Positions 1 to 10,487 of a stretch of DNA of 64,000 nucleotides are shown here, one piece after another. The DNA comes from Nitrospirales bacterium (GTDB lineage Bacteria; Nitrospirota; Nitrospiria; Nitrospirales; UBA8639): the NCBI GenBank assembly GCA_963555755.3, contig OY820905.2, positions 3,616,001-3,680,000 of the forward strand, in the 5' to 3' direction. The stretch's first letter is position 1; every line of letters begins with the position of its first letter. Below the pieces are notes generated by a model. That model was not told the origin of the DNA and ran no database searches. It saw nothing but the letters and a program-made list of their open reading frames with translations. A program made the translations under genes and the position numbers.

Positions 1-117
1 CAGGCGTATCCGAATGCATGGTTCGAGAAAAGGGTTTATACCCTGTGGAGCGAATGGCAACGCAAACACCCCGAAGTGTTCACGGCCTCGGACGGACAAC
101 TATTGCTGTTCGCCTAA
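1..117 (+). CDS. C-terminal end of intron-encoded RT/maturase (partial)
   Basis: Frame +1 reads QAYPNAWFEKRVYTLWSEW...LLLFA* and stops 16 nt before DV; resembles maturase X-domain tails. Confidence 0.65.
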   Translation, partial: QAYPNAWFEKRVYTLWSEWQRKHPEVFTASDGQLLLFA

Positions 118-205
118 GAGATGGCGCTCTGAGGAGCCGGATGTGTGGTCCACAAGTCCGGTTCTGTGAGAGCTGGGGGAGGGCAACCTCCCCTGGCTAC
201 TCGAC
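1..205 (+). mobile_element. 3' end of a group II intron (end of IEP gene, domains V and VI); 5' part lies outside the window
   Basis: DV-like hairpin GAGCCGGATGTGTGGTCCACAAGTCCGGTTC at 134-164 with AGC triad. DVI GGGGGAGGGCAACCTCCCC follows, then the typical terminus CTACTCGAC ending at 205. Confidence 0.85.
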
Positions 206-269
206 AAGAATGGTTTTGGTCACTTTTGCCGAAACAAAAGTGACTCTTCGGCGGGGGCGAAACCCCGCA
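206..269 (+). repeat. Repeat family A copy 1 (3' half; forms the 3' exon of the intron)
   Basis: AATGGTTTTGGTCACTTTTGCCGAAACAAAAGTGAC...GCGGGGGCGAAACCCCGCA matches the five other copies. Confidence 0.85.
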
Positions 270-291
270 ACCCACAAAAAAGCTAAAGCGG

Positions 292-585
292 TTAGGCTAC
301 GGAAAGGTCTAACCGCTGCACGTTTTTTAAATTGACCTTCTTCTTGGCCTGCCACAAATTGTAATTGTCTTGCATGGCCAACCAACTCTCTGGGGAACGG
401 CCCAAAGTTTTGGAGATTCGTAGTGCCATCTCTGGAGTCATGTGGCTTTCTCCGTTGAGTAGACGTCCAAAGGTGGAGGGAGAAACTTTCAGCTTTTCGG
501 CAACGTTTCGAACGCTGATGTTGAAGGGTTTGATATAAATTTCCCTGATGAATTCCCCAGGATGTGGCGGGTTATGCATGCTCAT
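292..585 (-). CDS. higA: HigA-family antitoxin (HTH XRE)
   Basis: MHNPPHPGEFIRE...TPEMALRISKTLGRSPESWLAMQDNYNL signature; overlaps the toxin stop codon. Confidence 0.92.
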   Translation of the reverse strand: MSMHNPPHPGEFIREIYIKPFNISVRNVAEKLKVSPSTFGRLLNGESHMTPEMALRISKTLGRSPESWLAMQDNYNLWQAKKKVNLKNVQRLDLSVA

Positions 586-863
586 GAGTGGTAATCCTCA
601 TAATTGATTACGTAAGCGTTTCCTTCCTCAAATCGGAAGGTCATTCTCCAGTTTCCACTGACGTCAATGGCCCAGTGATCTTTCTTTTTCCCCTTCAAGG
701 GGTGAAGTCTCAATCCTGGGAGATCCATGTCCTCGATATTTTGGGCTGTCTCTAATGCTGTCAATTGTAAGCGTAATTTCTTTTTGTGCCCCGGTTGAAT
801 CCCAGCCACGCTCCCTGTCTCATAGAAATTCTGGAGTCCTTTGTGGCTAAAAGATTTAATCAC
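582..863 (-). CDS. higB: HigB/RelE-family toxin
   Basis: MIKSFSHKGL...LHPLKG...WAIDVSGNWRMTFRF...YEDYH signature. Confidence 0.92.
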   Translation of the reverse strand: MIKSFSHKGLQNFYETGSVAGIQPGHKKKLRLQLTALETAQNIEDMDLPGLRLHPLKGKKKDHWAIDVSGNWRMTFRFEEGNAYVINYEDYHS

Positions 864-869
864 CAGATA

Positions 870-900
870 ACCATAGCATATTGCGCACCACGCAACAATA
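870..900 (-). promoter_or_regulatory. Putative leaderless higBA promoter with palindromic operator
   Basis: Minus strand: TTGTTG-17 nt-TATGGT (extended TGn -10), 6 nt before the GTG start. TTGCG-N5-CGCAA palindrome at 881-895 overlaps it. Confidence 0.4.
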
Positions 901-921
901 TTAATGTTCGCCTCTCCCGCG

Positions 922-1159
922 TTGGGCGCGGCGGAGCCGCCGTACTGAATCGACTTGATCTGCCCGCCTTCGGATGCGGCGGAGCCGGAGCCCCGAATCG
1001 ACTTCTTGGCGAGGGCTGTTTGAGCGGAGCGAGTTCCCTCGCCCTCTTATTCGGGGCTCAGGCGGAGGGACCCCCTTGGGGCCGCATACGGGCGGAAATG
1101 GTTTTGGGCACTTTTGCCGAAACAAAAGTGCCTCGTCGCGCGGGGGGCAAGACCCCGCA
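922..1159 (+). repeat. Repeat family A copy 2 (long form, left motif duplicated)
   Basis: TTGGGCGCGGCGGAGCCG...GAGCGAGTT...CTTATTCGGGG...GGGCCGC...AAATGGTTTTGGGCACTTTTGCCGAAACAAAAGTGCC...ACCCCGCA. Confidence 0.85.
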
Positions 1160-1318
1160 TAACTAATTTTCACTTAAAAGAAAAAGGTGGCGTGGGGATG
1201 GGGGAGATTTCTCTCAAGGGTCGAAATGACAAACAGGTGGGGGTTGATAAGACAACGAGTATTTTTTGGTTTGTTGCTTCCTCAGGTACTGGTTGAGGGA
1301 TTGCAGTTGGAACCTCAA

Positions 1319-1570
1319 CTATCCTGCCATGTAACTCTTAAACTTTTCTGCACATTCCTCACTGCAGAAATAATATTGTTGCCCACCAATTTTTTCCCCT
1401 AAAGCGGTGCCCGCCGGAATATATGTCTTGCAGACCGGGTCTTGCACCATGACATCTTTGGTGGGTAACAACGGATCAGGTTCCTTCTTCCCTAAAAACT
1501 CACGGATAGATGCTCGAATCATGAAATAGAAAATGATCAGGAGCACTAGAATGATAATAAGCTTCCACAT
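1319..1570 (-). CDS. Membrane-anchored YHS/TRASH-domain protein
   Basis: N-terminal TM helix; DPVCKTYIP...YYFCSEECAEKF metal-binding motif. Confidence 0.8.
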   Translation of the reverse strand: MWKLIIILVLLIIFYFMIRASIREFLGKKEPDPLLPTKDVMVQDPVCKTYIPAGTALGEKIGGQQYYFCSEECAEKFKSYMAG

Positions 1571-1745
1571 ATCAACCCTCTCGTCCGAAAAAGGCTGGAC
1601 TTGGACCCGGGGGCCATATTCCGCAGGGTCCCTTTTGGTCTCGCTGCTACGTTAATACACCGTAATTCTGAGTCAGTATACTCGTTTGTCCTTTCAAGGG
1701 CCAATGATTAGCCAGGAGAGCACCTGAAATCCAGGACCTGACTAA

Positions 1746-1925
1746 GGACCTGAGAGAAAATAACTTGAACAATCTCGCATCCAATCTTCGAGCCATCTTT
1801 GAACGGGCCTCAATCGAAAATCCCTCAACATAGCTGTGCTATGCCTCGAGTTTTTCTCAATCGTTCCGTCCAAATCCTCCCCAAATCTTGGGGCGATATT
1901 GTCCAAGTTATTTTCTCTCAGGTCC
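1746..1925 (-). mobile_element. MITE family C copy 1
   Basis: TIR GGACCTGAGAGAAAATA/TATTTTCTCTCAGGTCC, TAA on both sides; reverse orientation relative to the other copies. Confidence 0.85.
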
Positions 1926-1929
1926 TAAT

Positions 1930-2928
1930 CTATTTCTGAAAGTCGGATTGCAGGAAATCGATGATTCGATTTTCTGCCCAATGTCTGTCTTCGTTTTCTC
2001 GCGATGTTTGAATAAACCCACAGTGGCCGCCATGAGCCGGGGTGATGAGTTGAATGCAGGGGTTGGCGCGGATGGCTGGAATATCAAACGAGGCAATGGG
2101 AATGAAGGGATCATCCTGTGAGATGATGATCAAGGTCGGGACACGAATGTGCGCTAACACATGACGGGCTCCAGCGTGGTCATAATAGTCGGCTGCGTCG
2201 CGGTAGCCGCCATCTGGGGCGGTGTAGGCATCGTCGAATTGGGACATCGTGCGAATGTGTTTGTACAGAGACAGGTCCCATTTCCCGGGATAGTGTTGGG
2301 CTTTGCGTCGCAAGCGGGCTTTGAGTTTTACCATAAAATGTTCGTGATAGACCCAATTGCGGCGCTGTTCTAGCGCCGCCACGCAGGCGGCTGGATGAAT
2401 GTTCGGACAGACTGCCGCCACTCCTTGTAAGGCCGAGAACTCATCTTTGGCTTCTCCTGCCATTTTCAACACCAAGTTGCCACCCATCGAAAAGCCGGTC
2501 AACCAGATGGCCTGGATCCCGTCTTTGCCCACCAGTTCGTCGGCGACGGCCCGAATGTCGTGGCTCAATCCCGCGTTATACAGGGTGGGAGTGAGATGTT
2601 CGGTATCGGCACAGTTTCGTTGATTGAAGCGGACGACATTGAATCCTTCATGCCAGGCTTTGTGCGTCAGCCCTCGCATGTAGTGTGATTCGTGGCAACC
2701 CTCGAGGCCGTGGACCAAAATCAGCGCAGGGGCTTCGCCTCGAATGTGTTGCCAACTGCACATACTTTTGATCCGGGATTGGGGATCGACTTGGAACAGG
2801 CGTTCTTCCATGGGGACAGTGGCAAGGAGATGGCTGCGGCGTTGATACCAAGGCACCAGGGTCTGAACATGGGGATTGGCCAGCCAAGGATGTGGTAAAA
2901 ACGGTGTGGAAGAAAAAAACGTATTCAT
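1930..2928 (-). CDS. YheT-family alpha/beta hydrolase
   Basis: HGLEG, GFSMGGN nucleophile elbow, DDPFIP and GGHCGF motifs. Confidence 0.88.
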   Translation of the reverse strand: MNTFFSSTPFLPHPWLANPHVQTLVPWYQRRSHLLATVPMEERLFQVDPQSRIKSMCSWQHIRGEAPALILVHGLEGCHESHYMRGLTHKAWHEGFNVVRFNQRNCADTEHLTPTLYNAGLSHDIRAVADELVGKDGIQAIWLTGFSMGGNLVLKMAGEAKDEFSALQGVAAVCPNIHPAACVAALEQRRNWVYHEHFMVKLKARLRRKAQHYPGKWDLSLYKHIRTMSQFDDAYTAPDGGYRDAADYYDHAGARHVLAHIRVPTLIIISQDDPFIPIASFDIPAIRANPCIQLITPAHGGHCGFIQTSRENEDRHWAENRIIDFLQSDFQK

Positions 2929-3069
2929 AGAAAATGGCTTTCGATGAGATCGCCGTTCAGCCTACCAAAACAGGGATTAAAATTCTTCCCCTGTTGGTGG
3001 GGCCCCCAAGTTTGTGATAGAGATACCCTGCAAAAAGGCTTTTTCCAATTAGGCAAAAGGTAGAGTCCC

Positions 3070-3600
3070 GTGGCTACGAAAAAGAAACAATTTCAGTTGG
3101 ATAAAGAAACCCTCATTATCATCGGGGTCTTGAGTTTGACTTTTCTCTGGACCGTCAACCGAATCTTGTCTTCCGATGATTCAAAGCAAGAATTCGTTGA
3201 GAAGCCGAAGGTTGAAACATCCGAGAACGCGACAAAGAAGAAAGAGGTAAACAAAGCTAACGTTCCGTTGGCAAGCGGCAAGGAGCCCATCGATAAAATT
3301 TTCATTCAATCCGGGTGCGCCGCCTGCCACACCATTCCGGGCATTCAGGTGGCCAAAGGGCGAGAAGGACCGAAACTGGAATTGGGCACCAATGCCCCCA
3401 AACGATTAGCCGATCCAAACTATCGAGGGACTGCCGAAACTGAATGGGAGTATGTACAAGAATCCATTTTGAATCCAGGCGCCTATATCGTGGAAGGCTA
3501 TCGTGATCGCGTCATGCCCCGCTGGTACGGCCAAAAACTCAGCGCCCGCGCATTGGATAAGATCATTAAATATTTATTGAAGATTGAAGAGGTTTCTTGA
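3070..3600 (+). CDS. Membrane-anchored monoheme cytochrome c
   Basis: TM helix, CAACH heme motif, YVQESILNP...VMP distal Met. Confidence 0.85.
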   Translation: MATKKKQFQLDKETLIIIGVLSLTFLWTVNRILSSDDSKQEFVEKPKVETSENATKKKEVNKANVPLASGKEPIDKIFIQSGCAACHTIPGIQVAKGREGPKLELGTNAPKRLADPNYRGTAETEWEYVQESILNPGAYIVEGYRDRVMPRWYGQKLSARALDKIIKYLLKIEEVS

Positions 3601-3737
3601 AGTTTACAAGGGATTTTTTCGTGGGTTCTGAAGTACAAGAGAGCGCAAAAAATTAAGGTGTGTTAAAGTTATCAGCTAGAACGAAAGGGATTCCTGGCAG
3701 AAATGGTCGGGCAGCTTCACATGAAGATTCACTTGCA

Positions 3738-3977
3738 ATGAGTCCAACCGTTTTTCGAAAAGATGGCTATCGATTCTTTTTCTTTTCAAGGGAGGAGGCT
3801 CGAAGACATGTGCATGTATATTCTGGGGAGGGCGAGGGAAAATTTTGGTTAGAGCCGAAGATCGAAATGTCCAGAAACCATGGATTGTCACCCGCCCAAC
3901 TCAAGAAGATAGAACTCATTATTGAGGAGCATCTCGATGAACTCAAAACAGCTTGGGACTCACACTTCGCCAGTTGA
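3738..3977 (+). CDS. DUF4160-family protein (putative TA component)
   Basis: MSPTVFRKDGYRFFFFSREE..HVHV..GEGEGKFWL motif; paired with DUF2442. Confidence 0.85.
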   Translation: MSPTVFRKDGYRFFFFSREEARRHVHVYSGEGEGKFWLEPKIEMSRNHGLSPAQLKKIELIIEEHLDELKTAWDSHFAS

Positions 3978-4221
3978 AGTCACTCACGTATCAGGTCACG
4001 GCATTTGGCTCCTTGCCGGGGAGCAAGAACTGTTTCTGCCTTATGAAGATTTTCCTTGGTTCAAAGAAGCGGCCATTGGTAAGATTCTCAACGTTGAACA
4101 ACCCTCTGCTGATCATTTCTACTGGCCTGATTTGGATGTGGATTTGGGGCTGGAAACCATTGAGCATCCGGAACGGTTTCCACTGAAATCGAAGGCCGGT
4201 CCATTCTGCGAGAATAGTTGA
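3937..4221 (+). CDS. DUF2442-family protein (putative TA component)
   Basis: VEVTHVSGHGIWLL...FPWF...FYWPDLDVDL...HPERFPL. Confidence 0.85.
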   Translation: MNSKQLGTHTSPVEVTHVSGHGIWLLAGEQELFLPYEDFPWFKEAAIGKILNVEQPSADHFYWPDLDVDLGLETIEHPERFPLKSKAGPFCENS

Positions 4222-4268
4222 CTGCCGCTAACTATTCCCCAATCCCCCCCGGCCTCGAAAACGACCAT

Positions 4269-4358
4269 GTCATGCCCCGTTGGTACGGTCAAAAACTCAG
4301 CGCCCGCGCATTGGATAAGATCATTAAATACCTCCTGAAGATTGAAGAGGTAACTTAA
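4269..4358 (+). pseudogene. Duplicated 3' end of the cytochrome c gene (copy of 3511-3600)
   Basis: Encodes VMPRWYGQKLSARALDKIIKYLLKIEEVT*; differs from the gene almost only at synonymous sites. Confidence 0.85.
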
Positions 4359-4597
4359 ACTTTATTCAACACATGGTCTTGTAACATCATAGATAATGAA
4401 GCGGGACTCTCTAAGGTGCAAGATCTCGAATCTTGGAAATTTTCTGCTCAATCTATTGGCACAAGTGCACCTGTTGAATTTTTGTTTAGGTTAACAGAAT
4501 TTCTGATACGGATTTAAACATCACCTGACTGGGGGATCCCAACTTTGCCCAGACCTCGGGTGTTGACGCCGATGGGAAAATGAACTGGACGACGAAC

Positions 4598-4873
4598 ACA
4601 TTTCGACCTCAAGGAGAAATCTCGTATTCTCTCACACCATCCCCCGTGGCGTAAAAAAGGGGACGCTACCCTTTATAAGGGCACCAAGATTGATCGAACT
4701 GGTTAACGGAAGGGGATGAGCAATCAGTCCCACTCTGTCATTTCGAGTGGAAGGAGAAATCTCTCGTTCGACAATGGGGGGAGATTTCTCGCTCCGCTCG
4801 AAATGACAGGACCGTTGTGATGTAAGGGGTTCTCTCAAGGGTCGAAATGACAAGGTGGGGGGCTCAGAATGAC
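4598..4873. repeat. Cluster of REP-like palindromes (TGTCATTTCGA...GAGAAATCTC / GAGATTTCTC...TCGAAATGACA type)
   Basis: Complete pair at 4736-4808; half copies near 4600-4622 and 4830-4851; another half copy near 1200-1231. Confidence 0.7.
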
Positions 4874-5311
4874 CACAAGTCCGCCTTGGTGCCTCGCCCT
4901 CGTGGGGGGGTGTCGGTTTTCTTTCCGCGGTGTGACACGCGAAGAGGGTTTCGGTAGGAAATGCCATATCCAGCATGAATAGTGGCCGTTGACTCTGTGG
5001 GTTGCACCACATCCTTCACCCTGAGAGTCGCCCTCCACCTGTCAAGAAACTTGACGATTCTCCTACCTCTCCGTTGCTAGTCATCAGGTCGTCAGTGGTG
5101 TGCTTTTGGTCCCGTTCCCTCTCCTTCCTGCGAAACGGGTGTCGGTAACCTTGACGATGTTGATGAACCCGCCCACGCCTTCGCCAAAGCGCTCCGGCGC
5201 GCCGGCAGGTCCGCTTACAAAGGGGAGGGATGATCAGCGTGACGCCTCAAGAACGCCTGGCCACTTTTCCCACGGTCACAAACCTCACCCACCTCTTCTC
5301 CGGCGAGCCTT

Positions 5312-6517
5312 TCAGGAAATGCCTCGCCAAAATTTACCTACTCGCTTGGGAGAAGAGCCAGAATTTCTTTTTAATATTCCAAATGCCTTGATTACTTTCT
5401 CCAATTGGTCGTTCGAATGTTCCGAGCTGACGGTCAGTCGAAGCCTACTGCTGTTTTTGGGAACGGTGGGTGGGCGGATGGCGGGGACGTAGATGCCGGC
5501 TTCATATAATGCCTGAGACATCTTCAATGCTTTGTCTGGCGATTTGACTATGATGGGAAGAATTGAGCTATTGGTATCTGTGAATTGAAAGCCCAGGCTT
5601 TTCAATTCTGAAAAGAGATAGTTTCGGTTTTCCCACAAACGTTGTCGGCGTTCGGGTTCATTTTGAATGATCTGGATGGCTGCTGAGGCTGCCGCGGCGA
5701 TGGCTGGTGGTTGAGCGGTGGTGTAGATAAATGCTTTTGAAGTATTGATGAGATATTCTTTTAAGGAAGCTGTTCCCGCTACGTATCCTCCGCTTATTCC
5801 TATGGCTTTGCTCAACGTTCCCATCTGAATCAGGTCTTTGGGATTCAAGGCAAAGTGTTCAACCGTTCCTCGTCCGTTTTTTCCTATCACACCGGTTCCG
5901 TGTGCGTCATCAATTAACAGTGTGGCCTCGTGAGGTTGGCAGAGGTTCAGTAAGTCCGGAAGTGGGGCGAGATCGCCGTCCATACTAAAGACTCCTTCGG
6001 TGACCACTAGGGTTGGACAGATCTTCTCTCGTTTTTTAAGTAGTTTTTCTAGGTGCTCGACATCGTTATGATGAAACACGCGAAGCTTGGCTTTAGCCAG
6101 TCGGCATGCCTCGATTAAGCTGGCATGGCAGTAACGATCGGCAAGGATGAGTCCGCCCTGGTCGATGAGAGAAGGGATGAGCCCGATGTTTGCGGTGTAC
6201 CCTGTTCCAAAGGTCAATGCGGCTTCGACTTGTTTGAAATGAGCCAGATCATTTTCTAGTTGCTGGTGGGGGCGCATGGTGCCGGAGATGAGGCGGGCTG
6301 CGCCAGCGCCGACTCCCCATTGCTCAATTGCCTCGATGGCTGCTTGTTTGATAGCAGGATGATTGGCTAACCCCAGGTAATTATTTGAGGCCATGGAAAT
6401 GAGTTCACGGCCTTCGATCGTGATCGTGGTATCGGCTGGTGATTCCACAATCCGCAAATGACGACGCAGGTGTTGAGCTTCTAATTTTTTTAACTCTTGT
6501 TCGAAGTCAGGAAACAT
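5312..6517 (-). CDS. bioF: 8-amino-7-oxononanoate synthase
   Basis: SNNYLGLA, HASLIEA, EGVFSMDGD, DDAHG, GTLSKA (PLP Lys) and AIRPPTVP motifs. Confidence 0.95.
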   Translation of the reverse strand: MFPDFEQELKKLEAQHLRRHLRIVESPADTTITIEGRELISMASNNYLGLANHPAIKQAAIEAIEQWGVGAGAARLISGTMRPHQQLENDLAHFKQVEAALTFGTGYTANIGLIPSLIDQGGLILADRYCHASLIEACRLAKAKLRVFHHNDVEHLEKLLKKREKICPTLVVTEGVFSMDGDLAPLPDLLNLCQPHEATLLIDDAHGTGVIGKNGRGTVEHFALNPKDLIQMGTLSKAIGISGGYVAGTASLKEYLINTSKAFIYTTAQPPAIAAAASAAIQIIQNEPERRQRLWENRNYLFSELKSLGFQFTDTNSSILPIIVKSPDKALKMSQALYEAGIYVPAIRPPTVPKNSSRLRLTVSSEHSNDQLEKVIKAFGILKRNSGSSPKRVGKFWRGIS

Positions 6518-6798
6518 GGGAGGATGCTCAGGGCATTAGGTTTTCAGTCTTTTTTGGAGTTTGGGATATTGGGCTGCGAAACTTTTTGAAAAGTTTTGGT
6601 CGATCGTCGTCAGTATCTGGAATTGAGAATAGCCAAGTTGACTTGTGGATAACGCAGGTTTATCATGATTGGTTTCAGGGTACAACCCCTGGAAACAATT
6701 GGGTTTCTTGGCCATCAGTCTATTGTGGTTACTTAGGCCGGAAACATATATTTTTAACCGAACCACGAGTGGTTCAATCAAATGGGTGAGGGATACGT

Positions 6799-8577
6799 AT
6801 GGCACAGCTTACAGGAGCCGAAATTTTTGTGGAAGCCTTGAAACGCGAAGGAGTGAAAACGATTTTTGCTCTTCCGGGAGGGGTGGTTCTAAAAATTTTC
6901 GATGTCCTGCATCAACAAAATGATGTTGAAGTCATTTTGACCCGGCATGAACAAGGCGCGGGACATATGGCGGAAGGCTATGCCAAGGCTACCGGCAAGC
7001 CGGGTGTGTGTTTGATTACCTCTGGTCCTGGGATGACGAATGTAGTCACCGCCCTAGCCGATGCCTATATGGATTCCGTTCCAATGGTGTGTTTTACGGG
7101 GCAAGTGCCTACCGCGCTGATCGGGAATGATGCCTTTCAGGAAGCGGATAATATCGGACTGAGCCGTCCGTGCACCAAGTACAACTTTCTTGTGAAAGAT
7201 GTGAATGACTTGGCGCAATCCATAAAAGAAGCGTTTTACATCGCCACGACAGGTAGACCTGGCCCGGTGTTAGTCGACATTCCCAAAGATATTTCCATGG
7301 ATAAGGCTGATTTCAAATATCCGGATTCGGTCTCGATTCGCGGCTATAACCCAACTTATGAAGGCAGCAAGTGGAAAATCAAACAAGCTGCTGATGCCAT
7401 TATGAAATCGCGACGACCTATATTGTATATCGGGGGTGGAGTGCAATTGTCTGGTGCGTCGCAAGAGGTTCGGGAATTGGCTGAAATGACACAGATTCCC
7501 GTGGACTCGACCTTGATGGCGTTGGGGGCATTCCCAGGGAAACATCCGCTGTCCTTGGGCATGCTCGGCATGCATGGCACCTATGTGGCCAATATGGCGA
7601 TACATTATTCAGATCTGGTTATTGCCGTGGGCGCACGGTTCGATGATCGCGTCACAGGTAAGGTCTCGGAATTTTGTCCGAATGCCAAGGTTATCCATAT
7701 CGATATTGATCCAACATCGATTCGTAAAAATATTCATGTGGATATTCCGATCGTGGGTGATTGTAAATGTGTGGTGCGGGAATTGATCAACGTATTGCGA
7801 GCCACGGTGAATGGTGACCAGAAGGAAATGCGCAAACCGTGGTGGGATCAATTGAATGAGTGGAACACCGCCCATCCGCTGAGCTATGAACAAGATCCTG
7901 ACAAATTGATTAAGCCGCAATATCTGATCGATCGCCTGTATCAATTGACGAAGGATCGTGATCCGGTGGTTTCCACTGATGTGGGACAGCATCAAATGTG
8001 GGCGGCGCAATTTTACCAATTGTCCAATCCGAATACCTGGCTCACATCAGGGGGGTTAGGGACCATGGGATTTGGTTTCCCCGCGGCATTAGGTGCACAG
8101 GCAGCGTTTCGTAACCGCCTGGTGCTGTGTATTGCCGGGGATGGCAGTATTCAAATGAACACCCAAGAGTTGGCGACAGCGGTAGTCGCAAAACTGCCGG
8201 TCAAAGTGTTTATCATTAATAATCGGTTCCATGGCATGGTGCGACAATGGCAAGACCTGTTTTATGAAGGCCGTTATGCCTCGAGTTATTTGGACGAAAC
8301 TCCTGATTTCGTGAAACTCGCGGAAGCATATGGCGCGGCTGGTCTTCGGATTAATACCCCGAATGAAGTGGATGATGGTATCCGTGAAGCAATTTCCATC
8401 GACAAACCGGTCTTTATTGATGTGCCGGTTTATCAATTCGAAAATTGCTATCCCATGATTCCCGCTGGCGGGTGCAACCATGAAATGATTTTGGAAGATC
8501 CACCAGAATTGCAAAAACGACAGACTCCGGGAGCCAAAGGGAAGAAAGAAAGTACCGACACCATTTTAACTGCGTAG
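6799..8577 (+). CDS. ilvB: Acetolactate synthase large subunit
   Basis: RHEQGAGHMA, TSGPG, GNDAFQEAD and ThDP motif GDGSIQMN...NN. Confidence 0.97.
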   Translation: MAQLTGAEIFVEALKREGVKTIFALPGGVVLKIFDVLHQQNDVEVILTRHEQGAGHMAEGYAKATGKPGVCLITSGPGMTNVVTALADAYMDSVPMVCFTGQVPTALIGNDAFQEADNIGLSRPCTKYNFLVKDVNDLAQSIKEAFYIATTGRPGPVLVDIPKDISMDKADFKYPDSVSIRGYNPTYEGSKWKIKQAADAIMKSRRPILYIGGGVQLSGASQEVRELAEMTQIPVDSTLMALGAFPGKHPLSLGMLGMHGTYVANMAIHYSDLVIAVGARFDDRVTGKVSEFCPNAKVIHIDIDPTSIRKNIHVDIPIVGDCKCVVRELINVLRATVNGDQKEMRKPWWDQLNEWNTAHPLSYEQDPDKLIKPQYLIDRLYQLTKDRDPVVSTDVGQHQMWAAQFYQLSNPNTWLTSGGLGTMGFGFPAALGAQAAFRNRLVLCIAGDGSIQMNTQELATAVVAKLPVKVFIINNRFHGMVRQWQDLFYEGRYASSYLDETPDFVKLAEAYGAAGLRINTPNEVDDGIREAISIDKPVFIDVPVYQFENCYPMIPAGGCNHEMILEDPPELQKRQTPGAKGKKESTDTILTA

Positions 8578-8579
8578 AA

Positions 8580-8700
8580 AAAGTTGTTGAAAAAGGCCGC
8601 CAGCGGTGTTCTCGGCCCTTTGTCGTGCTCACGTACTGCCTGTACGCTCCGCGCGCCAAAGGACCTGCGGCTTTGCTGGACAACCTTTTTCAACAACTTT
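8580..8700 (+). repeat. Repeat family B copy 1
   Basis: AAAGTTGTTGAAAAAGG...CCTTTTTCAACAACTTT arms around the GTGCTCACGTAC..GTACGCTCCGCGCG core. Confidence 0.85.
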
Positions 8701-8725
8701 AACAATGTAAAAGGATATTGTAGTT

Positions 8726-9247
8726 GTGGAACATATCATTTCAGTGACATTGGAAAATAAAGCTGGTTCTCTGTCCCGGGTGGCGGGGTTATTTAGTGGT
8801 CGTGGTTTTAATATCGAAAGCTTGTCCGTGGCTCCAACCTTGGACTCCACCGTGTCGATGATGACCATTGTCACAAGTGGTGATGAACGAATTATCGAAC
8901 AGATTCTCAAGCAATTGAATAAAATCATTGATGTCATCAAGGTCATTGATCTGAACGAAAGTGATGCCGTCACTCGTGAAACGGCATTGATCAAAGTGCA
9001 TACCCGAGCAGAAGATCGAGCTGAGGCGCTTCGCATTACTGATATTTTTCGAGCCAATGTCATTGATTCGTCCCCAACGTCTTATACGATTGAAGTGACC
9101 GGTGCCGTGCAAAAGATTCAAGCCATTATTCAGTTGCTCCAACCTCTTGGCATTAAAGAAATCGTCCGGACTGGACGGATTGCTATTGCGCGAGAACCCA
9201 TTCGTGCGGTGGTGAGTCAACCGCGTCCGCTTGCCAAAGCCAACTAA
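8726..9247 (+). CDS. ilvN: Acetolactate synthase small regulatory subunit
   Basis: ACT domain: ENKAGSLSRVAGLFSGRGFNIESLSV. Confidence 0.96.
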   Translation: MEHIISVTLENKAGSLSRVAGLFSGRGFNIESLSVAPTLDSTVSMMTIVTSGDERIIEQILKQLNKIIDVIKVIDLNESDAVTRETALIKVHTRAEDRAEALRITDIFRANVIDSSPTSYTIEVTGAVQKIQAIIQLLQPLGIKEIVRTGRIAIAREPIRAVVSQPRPLAKAN

Positions 9248-9296
9248 CGGATCTCATTGATTTGCCAACACCACTTCTTTGTGTTGGCCGTCTTAA

Positions 9297-10328
<1,032 letters not shown>

Positions 10329-10363
10329 ACAGGTGTTGGGAAGGATAGCTTGGTCACCGTCGA

Positions 10364-10391
10364 GGCGGCAACCCGCCCTGTTTCTTTTTTT
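10364..10391 (+). terminator. Possible weak intrinsic terminator after ilvC
   Basis: GGCGG-CAAC-CCGCC hairpin followed by a T-rich run. Confidence 0.4.
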
Positions 10392-10476
10392 CGTAATGCG
10401 TAATGAGTAAAGCGTAATGCGAAACTAAATTTTTTCGAGTCCCTACTCATAACGCATCACGGATTACGCATAACGA
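10392..10476. repeat. Heptamer-periodic inverted repeat (CGTAATG n / CATTACG-like n)
   Basis: CGTAATGCGTAATGAGTAAAGCGTAATGCG ... CATAACGCATCACGGATTACGCATAACG. Confidence 0.7.
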
Positions 10477-10487
10477 ATTGGAACCGA

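Noticed and set aside
18..1296. Short ORFs over repeats (also 8414-8705, 11949-12212 N-terminal part, 25102-25492, 26550-26838, 28213-28627, 40846-41097, 51012-51248)
   Set aside because: They are translations of repeat families A-D; the recurring peptides (FAETK, ARSVHGVREH) reflect DNA repeats.
1575..1660. GC-rich hairpins upstream of the YHS gene as a riboswitch or SRP/6S RNA
   Set aside because: No diagnostic conserved motif recognised.
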